From: a virus
Taxonomy: Duplodnaviria > Caudoviricetes
Reading direction: 5' to 3' (one strand)
IMG/VR virus record: IMGVR_UViG_3300035670_000290
Coordinates: 1-52,561 of that record
DNA: 52,561 nt
Both the position numbers and the translations under genes were made by a program. Below the pieces are notes generated by a model. It worked only from the letters and a program-made list of their open reading frames with translations, ran no database searches and was not told the origin of the DNA. Positions within the stretch are counted from its first letter, which is position 1. Each line of letters begins with the position of its first letter. Positions 17,892 through 27,640 of the stretch are shown here, piece after piece.

Positions 17892-19655
17892 ATGGCTGTA
17901 AAGTATCATTCATTGCAATCTATTCTAACCAGAGGTCTAATACCATCTGTTGTTTATGCAGCACAGAATCCAAATAGAGCAAGAAATCCTAATTGGAGTT
18001 TCGGTAGAACAGTTGTTTTATTATTCAAAGAATCAGCATCATGGACAGCACCAGAAGGTGTTTCTGAGGTTGATTATCTTGTTATCGCTGGCGGTGGCGG
18101 TGGTGGTAAAGGTGGCAGCGCTTCAGCAGGCACAGGCGGTGCTGGTGGTGCTGGTGGTTTTTTAGCAGGTTCTGGTTTTTCAGTAACTCCTGGCAACACA
18201 TACACAATTACAGTTGGTGCTGGTGGCACAGGTGCAACATCACCTGCTGCAGTTGGTGCAAATGGGTCAAATTCTATTTTTGCCACCATTCTTTCTCAAG
18301 GCGGCGGTGGCGGTGGTGGTGAAAGTTCGTACAATGGTCGAAACGGTGGATCTGGTGGTGGAACAAATCATCCATCAGGAGTAGGTGGAAGCGCAAATAC
18401 CACGCCTGTAAGACAGGGATATGATGGAGGTTCTGGTCAAGCAGGACCACCAAATTATGGTAATCCTGGCGCAGGTGGTGCAGGAGGTGCTGGGCAACCT
18501 GGAACATCCACATCTGGTGGTGCTGGAGGATTGGCTTTAGCCACTACGATTACAGGCACAGCTGTCTATTATGCAGGTGGTGGCGGTGGTTCAACATGGG
18601 GCGGATCAGCTCCAGCACTTTCGCCTGGAAGCACTGGTGGTTTAGGTGGAGGCACTTCGACACCTTCTCAGAAAGGTGGTGCTGGTGATGGTGCTGCTGG
18701 ATCAGGTTCTGCTGGTTCTGGGCAAAATAATACTGGTGGTGGCGGCGGTGGCTCTGGTGGTTACTTTGCTGGAGCACCTAATCCATCAAATACTTTAGGA
18801 AATGGTGGTTCTGGTGGTTCAGGTATTGTTATTCTCAAATATTCAATTCCAACAACATCAAATGTGCAAATATTTACATCATCTGTAGATTGGATTTGTC
18901 CAGAGGGCATAACTTCTGTTGATTATCTCGTTGTCGCTGGCGGTGGCGGAGGCGGAGGCTCAGGTGGTGGTGGTGGTGCAGGTGGGTTTAGAACAGGAAC
19001 TGCATACCCAGTCACTGCTGGAAATACTTACACGATTACAGTTGGTGCTGGTGGTGGCGGTGGAGTAGGTAATCCTGGTGGATTTGCAGATGGTGGAGCT
19101 GGTGCTAATGGTTCTAGTTCAATATTTGATACAATAACTTCTGCTGGTGGTGGAGGTGGTGGCGCTCAAAATGCTGCTGCTGGTCGCGCTGGCGGTTCTG
19201 GCGGTGGTGGTAGTGCTGGAACTAACACACCAAAACCAGGTGGCGCGGGAAATACACCTTCCACATCACCTTCACAAGGAAATAATGGTGGATCTGGATT
19301 CACAGGACCAAATGCTTGCGGAGGCGGAGGAGGTGGTGGAGCTGGTGCTACTGGAGGAAACGGATCACCAACTATTGGCGGAAATGGTGGTGTTGGAGTT
19401 GCATCTTCTCTTTCAGGAACATCAGTAACATATGCTGGTGGTGGTGGTGCTGGTGGTGTCGGTGGAGGTGGTACAGGCGGTGCTGGTGGTGGTGGAAATG
19501 GTTCTGGAACTCCACCTGGTGCTGGAACTGCAGGAACAACAAACACTGGCGGTGGTGGAGGTGGATCTGGTTCACCAGGTGCGCCAGCATTTACATCATC
19601 AAATGGTGGTGCTGGTGGCTCTGGTATTGTAATTATCAAACTGAACTCAAACTAA
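17892..19655 (+). CDS. Glycine-rich adhesin-like protein (two Gly-rich domains)
   Basis: Two copies of W..P.G...VDYLV.AGGGGG...YTITVGAGG...YAGGGG...GGSGIVI; N-terminus paralogous to 49333. Confidence 0.7.
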   Translation: MAVKYHSLQSILTRGLIPSVVYAAQNPNRARNPNWSFGRTVVLLFKESASWTAPEGVSEVDYLVIAGGGGGGKGGSASAGTGGAGGAGGFLAGSGFSVTPGNTYTITVGAGGTGATSPAAVGANGSNSIFATILSQGGGGGGGESSYNGRNGGSGGGTNHPSGVGGSANTTPVRQGYDGGSGQAGPPNYGNPGAGGAGGAGQPGTSTSGGAGGLALATTITGTAVYYAGGGGGSTWGGSAPALSPGSTGGLGGGTSTPSQKGGAGDGAAGSGSAGSGQNNTGGGGGGSGGYFAGAPNPSNTLGNGGSGGSGIVILKYSIPTTSNVQIFTSSVDWICPEGITSVDYLVVAGGGGGGGSGGGGGAGGFRTGTAYPVTAGNTYTITVGAGGGGGVGNPGGFADGGAGANGSSSIFDTITSAGGGGGGAQNAAAGRAGGSGGGGSAGTNTPKPGGAGNTPSTSPSQGNNGGSGFTGPNACGGGGGGGAGATGGNGSPTIGGNGGVGVASSLSGTSVTYAGGGGAGGVGGGGTGGAGGGGNGSGTPPGAGTAGTTNTGGGGGGSGSPGAPAFTSSNGGAGGSGIVIIKLNSN

Positions 19656-19659
19656 CCAA

Positions 19660-19667
19660 AATAAATA
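19660..19667 (+). promoter_or_regulatory. T4-type late promoter-like box (AATAAATA)
   Basis: Intergenic, ~25 nt before ATG 19691. Confidence 0.55.
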
Positions 19668-19690
19668 TGAGATAATCGGATAAAGAATTC

Positions 19691-20725
19691 ATGGCAATAA
19701 ATTTTCCAAGTTCACCAAGTCTAAATGACATCTATTCCTACGGTGGTAACACCTGGCAGTGGGACGGTGAGTCTTGGGCATCCGTCGCAGGAACTGGTGG
19801 TGGAGGTTCTGATCTTTATATCACTGCGAATAGCGCATCGAATACACTCACAAATGTAATCAACTTCATCAATACCAGCAGTGTTACTGTAGAAGTTTCA
19901 AATGCTGCTGGTGTCACCAACGTCGCATTTACTAGCCTTGGTGGAGGCGGTGGTGGATCTACTGCTACTCTAAGAGATGAATTTGTTGGTACTGGCGCAT
20001 GTACAACGTTCACATTGAGCACAACACCAAACACTGAGTCTCAAACTCTTGTTTTCGTCAATTATGTTATTCAGGAAAATGCTTCGTATAATATCTCAAA
20101 CGATACGATCGTTTTCAGTTCTCCCCCACCAAATAATTCATCGATCATCGCATACACGATCAGAGATGCTGGTCCAACAGGTCCATCTGGTCCACAGGGT
20201 AACATTGGTAATACAGGTCCTCAAGGTCCACAAGGTCCGATTGGTCCAACAGGTCCATCAGGTGGTCCTCAAGGTCCACAGGGTCCAGTCGGTCCTGTTG
20301 GTTCAGGATCTACAATCAATGTAACTGAAAATAATAACTCACCATACCTCACAAGCACTCTAAACTTTGCGAATACATCAACTGTAAATGTTAGTACATC
20401 TAATGCGAATGGTGTGACAACCATTTCATTTATTGCAGGTAGTGCAAGCGTTGGTATTGCAGAAACACCACCCGCCAGCCCAGAAGCAAATTCATTGTGG
20501 TGGGATAGCAATACTGGTGTGTTGAAAATCTATTATAGTGATGGCACATCAAGTCAGTGGGTTGATGCATCGCCAGCAGGTGCTGTTGGTCCGACTGGTC
20601 CAAGTGGTCCAAGTGGTGCAGCTGGCACTAATGGCACTAACGGTGCTATAGGTCCACAAGGTCCACAGGGTCCTGGTGGTGATCTAAATCTCAGTTTCGC
20701 GTTCTCTTATTTCTTAGGTTTCTAA
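19691..20725 (+). CDS. Collagen-containing fibre/branch protein
   Basis: MAINFPSSPSLND N-terminus; one FxG(D/T)G repeat domain; GPQ tracts; [25 protein letters not shown] domain; hydrophobic C-tail. Confidence 0.7.
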   Translation: MAINFPSSPSLNDIYSYGGNTWQWDGESWASVAGTGGGGSDLYITANSASNTLTNVINFINTSSVTVEVSNAAGVTNVAFTSLGGGGGGSTATLRDEFVGTGACTTFTLSTTPNTESQTLVFVNYVIQENASYNISNDTIVFSSPPPNNSSIIAYTIRDAGPTGPSGPQGNIGNTGPQGPQGPIGPTGPSGGPQGPQGPVGPVGSGSTINVTENNNSPYLTSTLNFANTSTVNVSTSNANGVTTISFIAGSASVGIAETPPASPEANSLWWDSNTGVLKIYYSDGTSSQWVDASPAGAVGPTGPSGPSGAAGTNGTNGAIGPQGPQGPGGDLNLSFAFSYFLGF

Positions 20726-20726
20726 A

Positions 20727-21086
20727 ATGGCAAATCCAAATATTAGACAATTAGTGACAATGACTGGAAATACAGCTGTGATGAATGCCACAACTGAATT
20801 TGCTAATCTTGTTTCAAATGCTGCTGATAGTAATTCAATATACAGAATCATAACACTATCAGCATCAAATCTTGATATAGCTGCAAGTCAAAACGTAAGT
20901 GTTGATTTGTTGCGCAGTTCAGCAAGTTATTCTTTTATTAGAGGCGCAACGATCCCTGCTGGCGCATCACTTGTTGCTGTGTCAAAAGATTCTTCTTTGT
21001 ATCTCGTTGAAGGTGATGTTCTTCAATGTAAGGCTGGAACAAATTCTAATGTTCAAATCATTTGCTCTTATGAGGTTCTCTCATAA
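20727..21086 (+). CDS. ~120-aa fibre adaptor-like protein (MANPNI class)
   Basis: Same size and position as the other adaptors; IPAGASL...YLVEGD.L...SYE pattern. Confidence 0.6.
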   Translation: MANPNIRQLVTMTGNTAVMNATTEFANLVSNAADSNSIYRIITLSASNLDIAASQNVSVDLLRSSASYSFIRGATIPAGASLVAVSKDSSLYLVEGDVLQCKAGTNSNVQIICSYEVLS

Positions 21087-22825
21087 TGAAGTTGAATGGT
21101 GGCATCGTTGGAGCAAACAATAAGCCATCCACTACTGCCGCAAGCGGTATGTGGAAATGGAATGAGTATTTGCTCAACGTTGTCTATGGAACATTTCCTG
21201 GAGGATCATTTGATGTGATTCTAACATTCACATCATCAGGAACTTGGGTTTGCCCAGCTGGTGTCACTGAGGTTGAATATCTAGTCGTCGCTGGTGGTGG
21301 CGGTGGAGCAGATACAGGTGGTGGAGGTGCTGGTGGATTTAGAACTGGCACTGGTCTCGCTGTTGTCGCAGGAAACACATATACAGTAACTGTTGGTGCT
21401 GGTGGCGGTGGTGGTACGAACAATTCACCAGCCAGAGGATCAAATGGTAGCAATAGCACATTCTCAACCATAACATCAAACGGTGGTGGTGGAGGTGGTG
21501 CTGGATTTGCTAATAGTCCAAGTGGCGCAGATGGTGCTGCAGGTGGATCTGGCGGCGGCGGCTCAACCTACGATGGTAGTGGAGTTCAAAGAGTTGGTGG
21601 CGCAGGTAATACACCTGCAACTAGCCCAAGCCAAGGAAATAATGGTGGCGCAAGTTTGCCAAATTATTGGCCAGGTGGTGGCGGTGGTGGTGCAGGCGCT
21701 GTTGGTGGTAATGCAAATCCAAGCACTCAGGCTGGAGGAAACGGTGGCGATGGTGCCGTGTCGACAATCACTGGTACATCAGTAACTTATGCTGGTGGTG
21801 GCGGTGGTGGCGCTTTTGCAGCAGGTGGTGGATTAGGTGGAGCTGGCGGTGGCGGCGTTGGTGAAATCAACACTGGTTCAACTCGGGCACCATCAAGTGG
21901 TAATACAAACACTGGTGGCGGTGGAGGCGGCAGCTGGGAAGCACCCGCTGCAGGATCTGGCGGATCAGGTATTGTAATCATCAAATATAGAATTCCTGCA
22001 ACAGGCGTTCAAGTATTCACATCATCAGCACAATGGACATGTCCAGTAGGTATCACTTCTGTTGGTTATCTCGTCGTTGGTGGCGGTGGTGGCGGTGGCT
22101 TTGATGCTGGCGGTGGTGGTGGCGCAGGTGGATTTAGAACAGGATCAGGATTTGCCGTAACTCCTGGTCAAACGTATACAATTACAGTTGGTGCTGGCGG
22201 ATCTGGCAGTCCAGGCGCAGGTTCATCAGCTGGTGGAAATAGTACATTCTCAACAATCACTTCTAATGGCGGTGGAACAGGTGGTGATGGCATTGCTGGA
22301 AGTGGAAGTGCTGCAGGCGGTAGTGGTGGTTCTGGTGGCGGTGGCTGCGGCGATAATCCAGGAAATGTTGTATTTGCAGGAGGAAACGGAAATACTCCAG
22401 CCACATCTCCATCACAAGGCAATAATGGCGGTTCTGGGTTCCATACTCCAGGATTCAATTCTGGCGGTGGTGGTGGAGGAGGAGCAAGTGCTGTTGGCCA
22501 AAGCCAGCCAAATGCACCATCAGCACCAAATCCACAACCAGGAGGCAACGGTGGCGCTGGATCATCATCAACAATTTCTGGTACGTCAGTAACTTACGCT
22601 GGCGGTGGTGGCGGTGGAATCAATAATGATGGTGGAAATACTGGTGCCGCAGGAGCTGGTGGTGCTGGCGGTGGTGGTAATGGAAATAATAACGGCGTAG
22701 GAAGCGCAGGAACGACAAACACTGGTGGTGGCGGTGGTGGTGGATCAAGAACAGGTCCAGCATATACAGGTGGATTGGGTGGTGCTGGTGGTTCTGGAAT
22801 CGTAATTATCAAACTCAATGGTTGA
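21086..22825 (+). CDS. Glycine-rich adhesin-like protein (two Gly-rich domains)
   Basis: FTSSGTWVCPAGVTEVEYLVVAGGGGG ... GGSGIVIIK framework occurs twice. Confidence 0.7.
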   Translation: MKLNGGIVGANNKPSTTAASGMWKWNEYLLNVVYGTFPGGSFDVILTFTSSGTWVCPAGVTEVEYLVVAGGGGGADTGGGGAGGFRTGTGLAVVAGNTYTVTVGAGGGGGTNNSPARGSNGSNSTFSTITSNGGGGGGAGFANSPSGADGAAGGSGGGGSTYDGSGVQRVGGAGNTPATSPSQGNNGGASLPNYWPGGGGGGAGAVGGNANPSTQAGGNGGDGAVSTITGTSVTYAGGGGGGAFAAGGGLGGAGGGGVGEINTGSTRAPSSGNTNTGGGGGGSWEAPAAGSGGSGIVIIKYRIPATGVQVFTSSAQWTCPVGITSVGYLVVGGGGGGGFDAGGGGGAGGFRTGSGFAVTPGQTYTITVGAGGSGSPGAGSSAGGNSTFSTITSNGGGTGGDGIAGSGSAAGGSGGSGGGGCGDNPGNVVFAGGNGNTPATSPSQGNNGGSGFHTPGFNSGGGGGGGASAVGQSQPNAPSAPNPQPGGNGGAGSSSTISGTSVTYAGGGGGGINNDGGNTGAAGAGGAGGGGNGNNNGVGSAGTTNTGGGGGGGSRTGPAYTGGLGGAGGSGIVIIKLNG

Positions 22826-22826
22826 A

Positions 22827-22834
22827 AATAAATA
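22827..22834 (+). promoter_or_regulatory. T4-type late promoter-like box (AATAAATA)
   Basis: Intergenic, ~27 nt before ATG 22861. Confidence 0.55.
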
Positions 22835-22860
22835 GTATAATACTAGGATACATGCGATAA

Positions 22861-24069
22861 ATGGCAATAAATTTTCCAAATTCACCAAGTCTGAATGACA
22901 CATATTCCTATGGTCAGTTTACCTGGCAATGGAATGGTGTTTCATGGGTCAGCTTGGGTAGAGTGCCATCACAAAATCCTGGTTCAACTCGCAATGAGTT
23001 TACTGGTGATGGAACTACCACAACGTTCTCACTTACATATGCTCCATTAGATCAAGACGCAACAATTGTATTCGTCAATACTGTGCTGCAGCCAAATGCC
23101 GCATATAGTTTGAATGGCGCAAATCTTATCTTTACTACAGCGCCAGCAAATAATGCACCAATTGATGTTTATACAATCAGTGAAGCAGGTCCTCAAGGAC
23201 CGCAAGGACCACAGGGTGTGTTTGGACCACAAGGTCCACAAGGTCCACAGGGACCACAGGGTCCACAAGGTATTCAGGGTGAGTCTGGTGGTCCAACAGG
23301 TCCACAAGGTCCACAGGGACCAACTGGTCCTCGTGGTAATCCAACAACTTATGACTACTACACAGGAACTGGTGCGTGCACAACGTTTGCGCTCAGCACA
23401 ACACCAAATAATGCGAATGGTGTTCTTGTATTTGTCGACAAGGTTCTTCAGAGAAACGTAGATTATTCTATCTCTGGCGCAAATGTTGTATTCTTTGTCG
23501 CACCAGAAGCCAATTCAACAGTTGATGCGTATACAATCGAAGGTGCTGGTCCAACAGGTCCATCTGGTCCATCAGGTCCTGCAGGAACTGCAGATATTAG
23601 CGGAACAACTTCAAATACCGAAATTGTTTTCAATCTTTCTGGTTCTCCAGAAAGCACATCAAACCTCACATTTGACATAACATCAAATGTGTTTTCTGTT
23701 TCAACAACTCTAACTGCGAATGTTTCAAATAACAACGTCACAGTTGGCAATAATATCTACATTGCTGGTGAAGTCAGCTGCAATAATCTAGTTGAAACAT
23801 CAACAGTCTTGGTCAAAGAAAATGTCATCCCAATCACTGATGCATTATCAATAATAGAAAGTTTATCAGGTGTCACATATAATCGTATTGGTGACAGCAG
23901 AAGAGAGGCTGGATTGTTGGCAGAGCAGGTTGCTCCGTTGGCTCCAGAATTAGTACAGTTTGATGCTGCAGGTAATCCAATCGGCATTTATTATACCAAA
24001 CTCACAGCATATTTGATTGAAACGATCAAAGAACTACATACTAAGATCAAGAGACTAGAGAACAAATAA
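22861..24069 (+). CDS. Collagen-containing fibre protein with C-terminal peptidase S74-like intramolecular chaperone domain
   Basis: [14 protein letters not shown]-terminus; two repeat domains; C-terminal [19 protein letters not shown]...GLLAEQV...PELV...Y.KL...LIE.IKEL. Confidence 0.75.
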   Translation: MAINFPNSPSLNDTYSYGQFTWQWNGVSWVSLGRVPSQNPGSTRNEFTGDGTTTTFSLTYAPLDQDATIVFVNTVLQPNAAYSLNGANLIFTTAPANNAPIDVYTISEAGPQGPQGPQGVFGPQGPQGPQGPQGPQGIQGESGGPTGPQGPQGPTGPRGNPTTYDYYTGTGACTTFALSTTPNNANGVLVFVDKVLQRNVDYSISGANVVFFVAPEANSTVDAYTIEGAGPTGPSGPSGPAGTADISGTTSNTEIVFNLSGSPESTSNLTFDITSNVFSVSTTLTANVSNNNVTVGNNIYIAGEVSCNNLVETSTVLVKENVIPITDALSIIESLSGVTYNRIGDSRREAGLLAEQVAPLAPELVQFDAAGNPIGIYYTKLTAYLIETIKELHTKIKRLENK

Positions 24070-24070
24070 G

Positions 24071-25726
24071 ATGGCAATACTCAAGAATACAGTCATCGAC
24101 GGACATTTGATTCCAGCAAACAACGAATTGTTTGATTTAGGAACAGCAAATGGTCGTTTCCGCGACATGTATCTCAGCGGAAGCACCATTGATCTTGGTG
24201 GTGCTCGATTGTCAATTGATGCGAATACAGGAACTGTTGCTATCATTGGAAAACCAACAGAAAATGTTCCAAATCCAAAAGCATTGATCATCACTACTGA
24301 AGGTAAAACAGCAACTTCTAACACAACAAATGGTTCTCTGAATATTGCTGAAATTGAAAGCGTTGTTGCATCAAACGTTGGTTTTAGCGGTGATGTAATG
24401 GAACTCAACTCTGTTGAAAAATTCCCACCAGAAGTTTTGAACTTCACTCTTGATGCTCATGGAATGGGCGCATCAGGATCATGGTCATGGTCATGGCTTC
24501 CAAATGGTAATCCATATAATAGAACAGAAACAATAGACCAGTTAGATCCAGCCCTCACTCTTCATAGAAAAGGTATCTATACTTGGACTAATAAAGCCAG
24601 CAATCTAAATGTGACGAGCGTCATAGGTGCAACTCATGTCCACAATGCATTCATCAAATGGATTCCAGGCGCAGGTAATGATAATCTAGTTGATGGTGTT
24701 GTGTATGCAAATACAACAATCAACGGAAACGTTGTACAAACTCTTTCTTGGACCATTCCAGAAACTTTTGGTAACGTAGCACCAACTCTAACAGCTCCAA
24801 ATGTCAATATCACCTTCGAAGGAATGATGACGCATGCAGGAGGTGGAGTTCCTGCTCACTGGCATGTGGACGAAAGCCATAACTATAATGAAGAGATTAT
24901 TGTTTATCGGGGTGGCGCATATCAATTTCAAGTCATTGGAGAAGAAACAAATCACCCACTCTATTTGACAACTTCTAGTAATGCAGAATTCGTTTCTGGG
25001 CAGTATGTCGGAGAATATCTAGAAGGTGTTACTGGTTCAAGAGCCACTTCTGGAAACACACTCACATGGGTTGTTGCTGCAAATACACCAAATAACATTT
25101 ATTATTCTTGCGGAAATCATGGAACGATGCGCGGAAATGTCGTTGTTCGTGATTTGCAAGTAAATCTAGGCGCAAACTCAATTCCGAAAGTATATCTCCA
25201 GCATCGTAAGAATGGAATGTATAATGAACTTACGGTTGATAATCCTCTTGCTGGCGATTTGGCGATGTCTTTCTTATGGAAAGATACGCTAACAGGTAAA
25301 TGGATTCCTAAGAACTTTGTTGATTATGCGAATACGACTTCAGAGTTTATCAATTGGGTCGCGGGTCAGGCTGATTCTAGAATCAATGCAAATAAGACCG
25401 TTCTTGAGAGACATTATAATAAGATCGGAAATCTAACGGTTTCTGCAGGAACTCAGAGATGGTATGTCCCAAGTAATATCACTCTTACAGGCGTTCAAAC
25501 CAGACTCGGAACTGCTCCAGAAGGTTCGAATGCTCGATTCGTTATTCTAAAAAATGGTTCGAATTTCTTGACTCTGAATATACTTTCTGGACAAACCTCA
25601 ACAATACTCGGTAATTTATCCTCAAATATAAATACTGGAGATTATATTTCCGTAGATACCGAAGCATTTGGCTCTGGTGTGCCTGGTGCCGATCTTACTG
25701 TAACTTTCTTATATACTAGGAACTAA
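24071..25726 (+). CDS. Virion structural protein with cupredoxin-like motif
   Basis: HLIP....FDLG....RFRD.YLS..TI.LG fibre N-terminus; HPLYL...YYSCGNHGTMRG; C-terminal KNG..GDYISVD..G.DL domain. Confidence 0.6.
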   Translation: MAILKNTVIDGHLIPANNELFDLGTANGRFRDMYLSGSTIDLGGARLSIDANTGTVAIIGKPTENVPNPKALIITTEGKTATSNTTNGSLNIAEIESVVASNVGFSGDVMELNSVEKFPPEVLNFTLDAHGMGASGSWSWSWLPNGNPYNRTETIDQLDPALTLHRKGIYTWTNKASNLNVTSVIGATHVHNAFIKWIPGAGNDNLVDGVVYANTTINGNVVQTLSWTIPETFGNVAPTLTAPNVNITFEGMMTHAGGGVPAHWHVDESHNYNEEIIVYRGGAYQFQVIGEETNHPLYLTTSSNAEFVSGQYVGEYLEGVTGSRATSGNTLTWVVAANTPNNIYYSCGNHGTMRGNVVVRDLQVNLGANSIPKVYLQHRKNGMYNELTVDNPLAGDLAMSFLWKDTLTGKWIPKNFVDYANTTSEFINWVAGQADSRINANKTVLERHYNKIGNLTVSAGTQRWYVPSNITLTGVQTRLGTAPEGSNARFVILKNGSNFLTLNILSGQTSTILGNLSSNINTGDYISVDTEAFGSGVPGADLTVTFLYTRN

Positions 25727-25728
25727 CA

Positions 25729-25923
25729 ATGGCAATTACAACTCATTATAATGATGGTGTTTTTGAGGCTCGAGATGGGGATCAAATTTTGGTTTATCAG
25801 CCATTCAAACCCACCGCAACAGGAGAACAACCTGCATGGGCAAATCAAGAAGAAGCCGATGCTTGGTGGGAATCAGTCAAACACTTGCATGGTGTTCCAG
25901 TAGAAACACCACCGTCAGAATAA
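25729..25923 (+). CDS. Small hypothetical protein (fibre-tip associated)
   Basis: 64 aa, tightly packed; QPFKP.....W...EEADAWW. Confidence 0.55.
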   Translation: MAITTHYNDGVFEARDGDQILVYQPFKPTATGEQPAWANQEEADAWWESVKHLHGVPVETPPSE

Positions 25924-25933
25924 GGAGCGTAAA

Positions 25934-27640
25934 ATGCCAGAAATTGCAGTAAACAGAACACATCAACAGATGTTTGCAATCATCGAAGATGCAAACCTCT
26001 CTAAAAACAGAATTTTCATCGAAGGTCAAGGATATGATGCAAATACTCTATCCCCACTTTGGATGCAAAAATACCACTTCAATCATGCTGAACTCTTCAC
26101 ATATACATCAGATAATTTTGTAGATGTGGGTCTCATCGAACTATCAAAAGGTACAGCAATATGCTGGGGTAACGCTGACGCGCAGCACTATGGAACTAAT
26201 AACTTTGATAGTCGTTGGCGCGCAATGGATTTTCCTAACTTCCCAGTAAAGAGAAGTTGGAAAACAGCAGGTGGTAAATCTTATTATACCATTCCTGGCA
26301 GATGGAGCGTAAATAATGGTGATAATTACAATAATATTCATATTGTCGCCGATGACGCAACTCTTGGAACATCATATCAGTCAGGTAACGGTGAGGGATA
26401 TCCATCACATTTTGTGTTTGAAGATGCATCAAATAATAGAATGTGGGGATTCTTTGGAAATAGAGCTGAAATCGATCGCGTCATGACGTGGACTGGTTAC
26501 GAGTCAGGAATGACAAGTTTGACAAGACCACTCGACATGAGTGGATATAGACACTTCTTCATGGGTCGCGATGATGCTGGCTTCTTGTATTTCCTTTCTT
26601 GCTATATCGGTCAATATAGTCAGTATAACATCTATAAACTGAACGCATCAACACTTGCATCAACGACTGTGATTTCTGGAAGCACTCGCGGAAACACGAC
26701 TTCTTACAGAAACTCATTCCCAAGTAACATCTATCGTGATAGCGCGACTCGTCGCGTATTCTACGGATGCCACTTCGATGCAACTTATTCTGCGCTTGCT
26801 CCTATTCGCTATGTTTGGAATCCATCTGATGGTTCTATCAGTGCTGCAAACACAACAGTAAACTATGCAGGATCAGATACATATGCAACTCATGCTGCTG
26901 CATACACAACTGAAGGCGCTGACGGTTATCAACGTAACAGCTGGCGTATGCAGCCATGGCAGTTTGTTGTCAATGGCACTCGCTACATCAGCTTCTGGTT
27001 GATCGATAAGTCTGCTGCATTTGGTAACGGATCAAGCCGTTGGAGTAGTGCTGCAAAACGTACAATGATCACTTATTCAATTGGATCAGGAACTGGCGAT
27101 GACGTTCTCACTTATCACAGTAAGTTGACATTCTCTAGCGTAAATGATATGCCAAGAGATATTCTACCAATCAATGCTGATGGAACGCACATGGCAGTTC
27201 CTGTGGTAAATGCTTTGAGATTCTACACCTTCAATGCAAATGATGGATGGGTTCTAACTGGAACATATCCAACAGAGTTTAGAATGATTGGTCTCGATCA
27301 AAGCAACAGACTCTGGGGTTCAAGTAGAGAAAAGGGTTATCATACAATTCATATGATCACACCTTCACTACCAATCACAATCAGTGTTGTGATGGCAAAT
27401 ACCAGTTACACATTCACTGGTAATAACATCTCAACGACTGCAGTTGTCAATGCCTATGATAGTCAGGGTGCTCGTGTTGCTGCAAACGTTTCTCTATCGA
27501 TTGACGGTAATGGAATGATCTTTACCGCAAGCAATAGCAAGAATACAACAGTGACGACAAGCAACTCAGCAAATACCACTGTATCTGTAACGATTTCAAG
27601 TGGTGGATTGAATAATATCATTGCTAGTGTTGACATCTGA
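25934..27640 (+). CDS. Aromatic-rich beta-strand protein, possible beta-propeller receptor-binding protein
   Basis: AAGGAG SD; 568 aa rich in W/Y/F with G.D...rlw-like strand ends and an Ig-like C-terminus. The fold is inferred. Confidence 0.5.
   Translation: MPEIAVNRTHQQMFAIIEDANLSKNRIFIEGQGYDANTLSPLWMQKYHFNHAELFTYTSDNFVDVGLIELSKGTAICWGNADAQHYGTNNFDSRWRAMDFPNFPVKRSWKTAGGKSYYTIPGRWSVNNGDNYNNIHIVADDATLGTSYQSGNGEGYPSHFVFEDASNNRMWGFFGNRAEIDRVMTWTGYESGMTSLTRPLDMSGYRHFFMGRDDAGFLYFLSCYIGQYSQYNIYKLNASTLASTTVISGSTRGNTTSYRNSFPSNIYRDSATRRVFYGCHFDATYSALAPIRYVWNPSDGSISAANTTVNYAGSDTYATHAAAYTTEGADGYQRNSWRMQPWQFVVNGTRYISFWLIDKSAAFGNGSSRWSSAAKRTMITYSIGSGTGDDVLTYHSKLTFSSVNDMPRDILPINADGTHMAVPVVNALRFYTFNANDGWVLTGTYPTEFRMIGLDQSNRLWGSSREKGYHTIHMITPSLPITISVVMANTSYTFTGNNISTTAVVNAYDSQGARVAANVSLSIDGNGMIFTASNSKNTTVTTSNSANTTVSVTISSGGLNNIIASVDI

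Noticed and set aside
17892-22825. Similarity of Gly-rich proteins to mycobacterial PE-PGRS or eukaryotic Gly-rich/collagen proteins
   Set aside because: Low-complexity resemblance only; there is no PE domain, and the genes are intron-less in a phage operon context.
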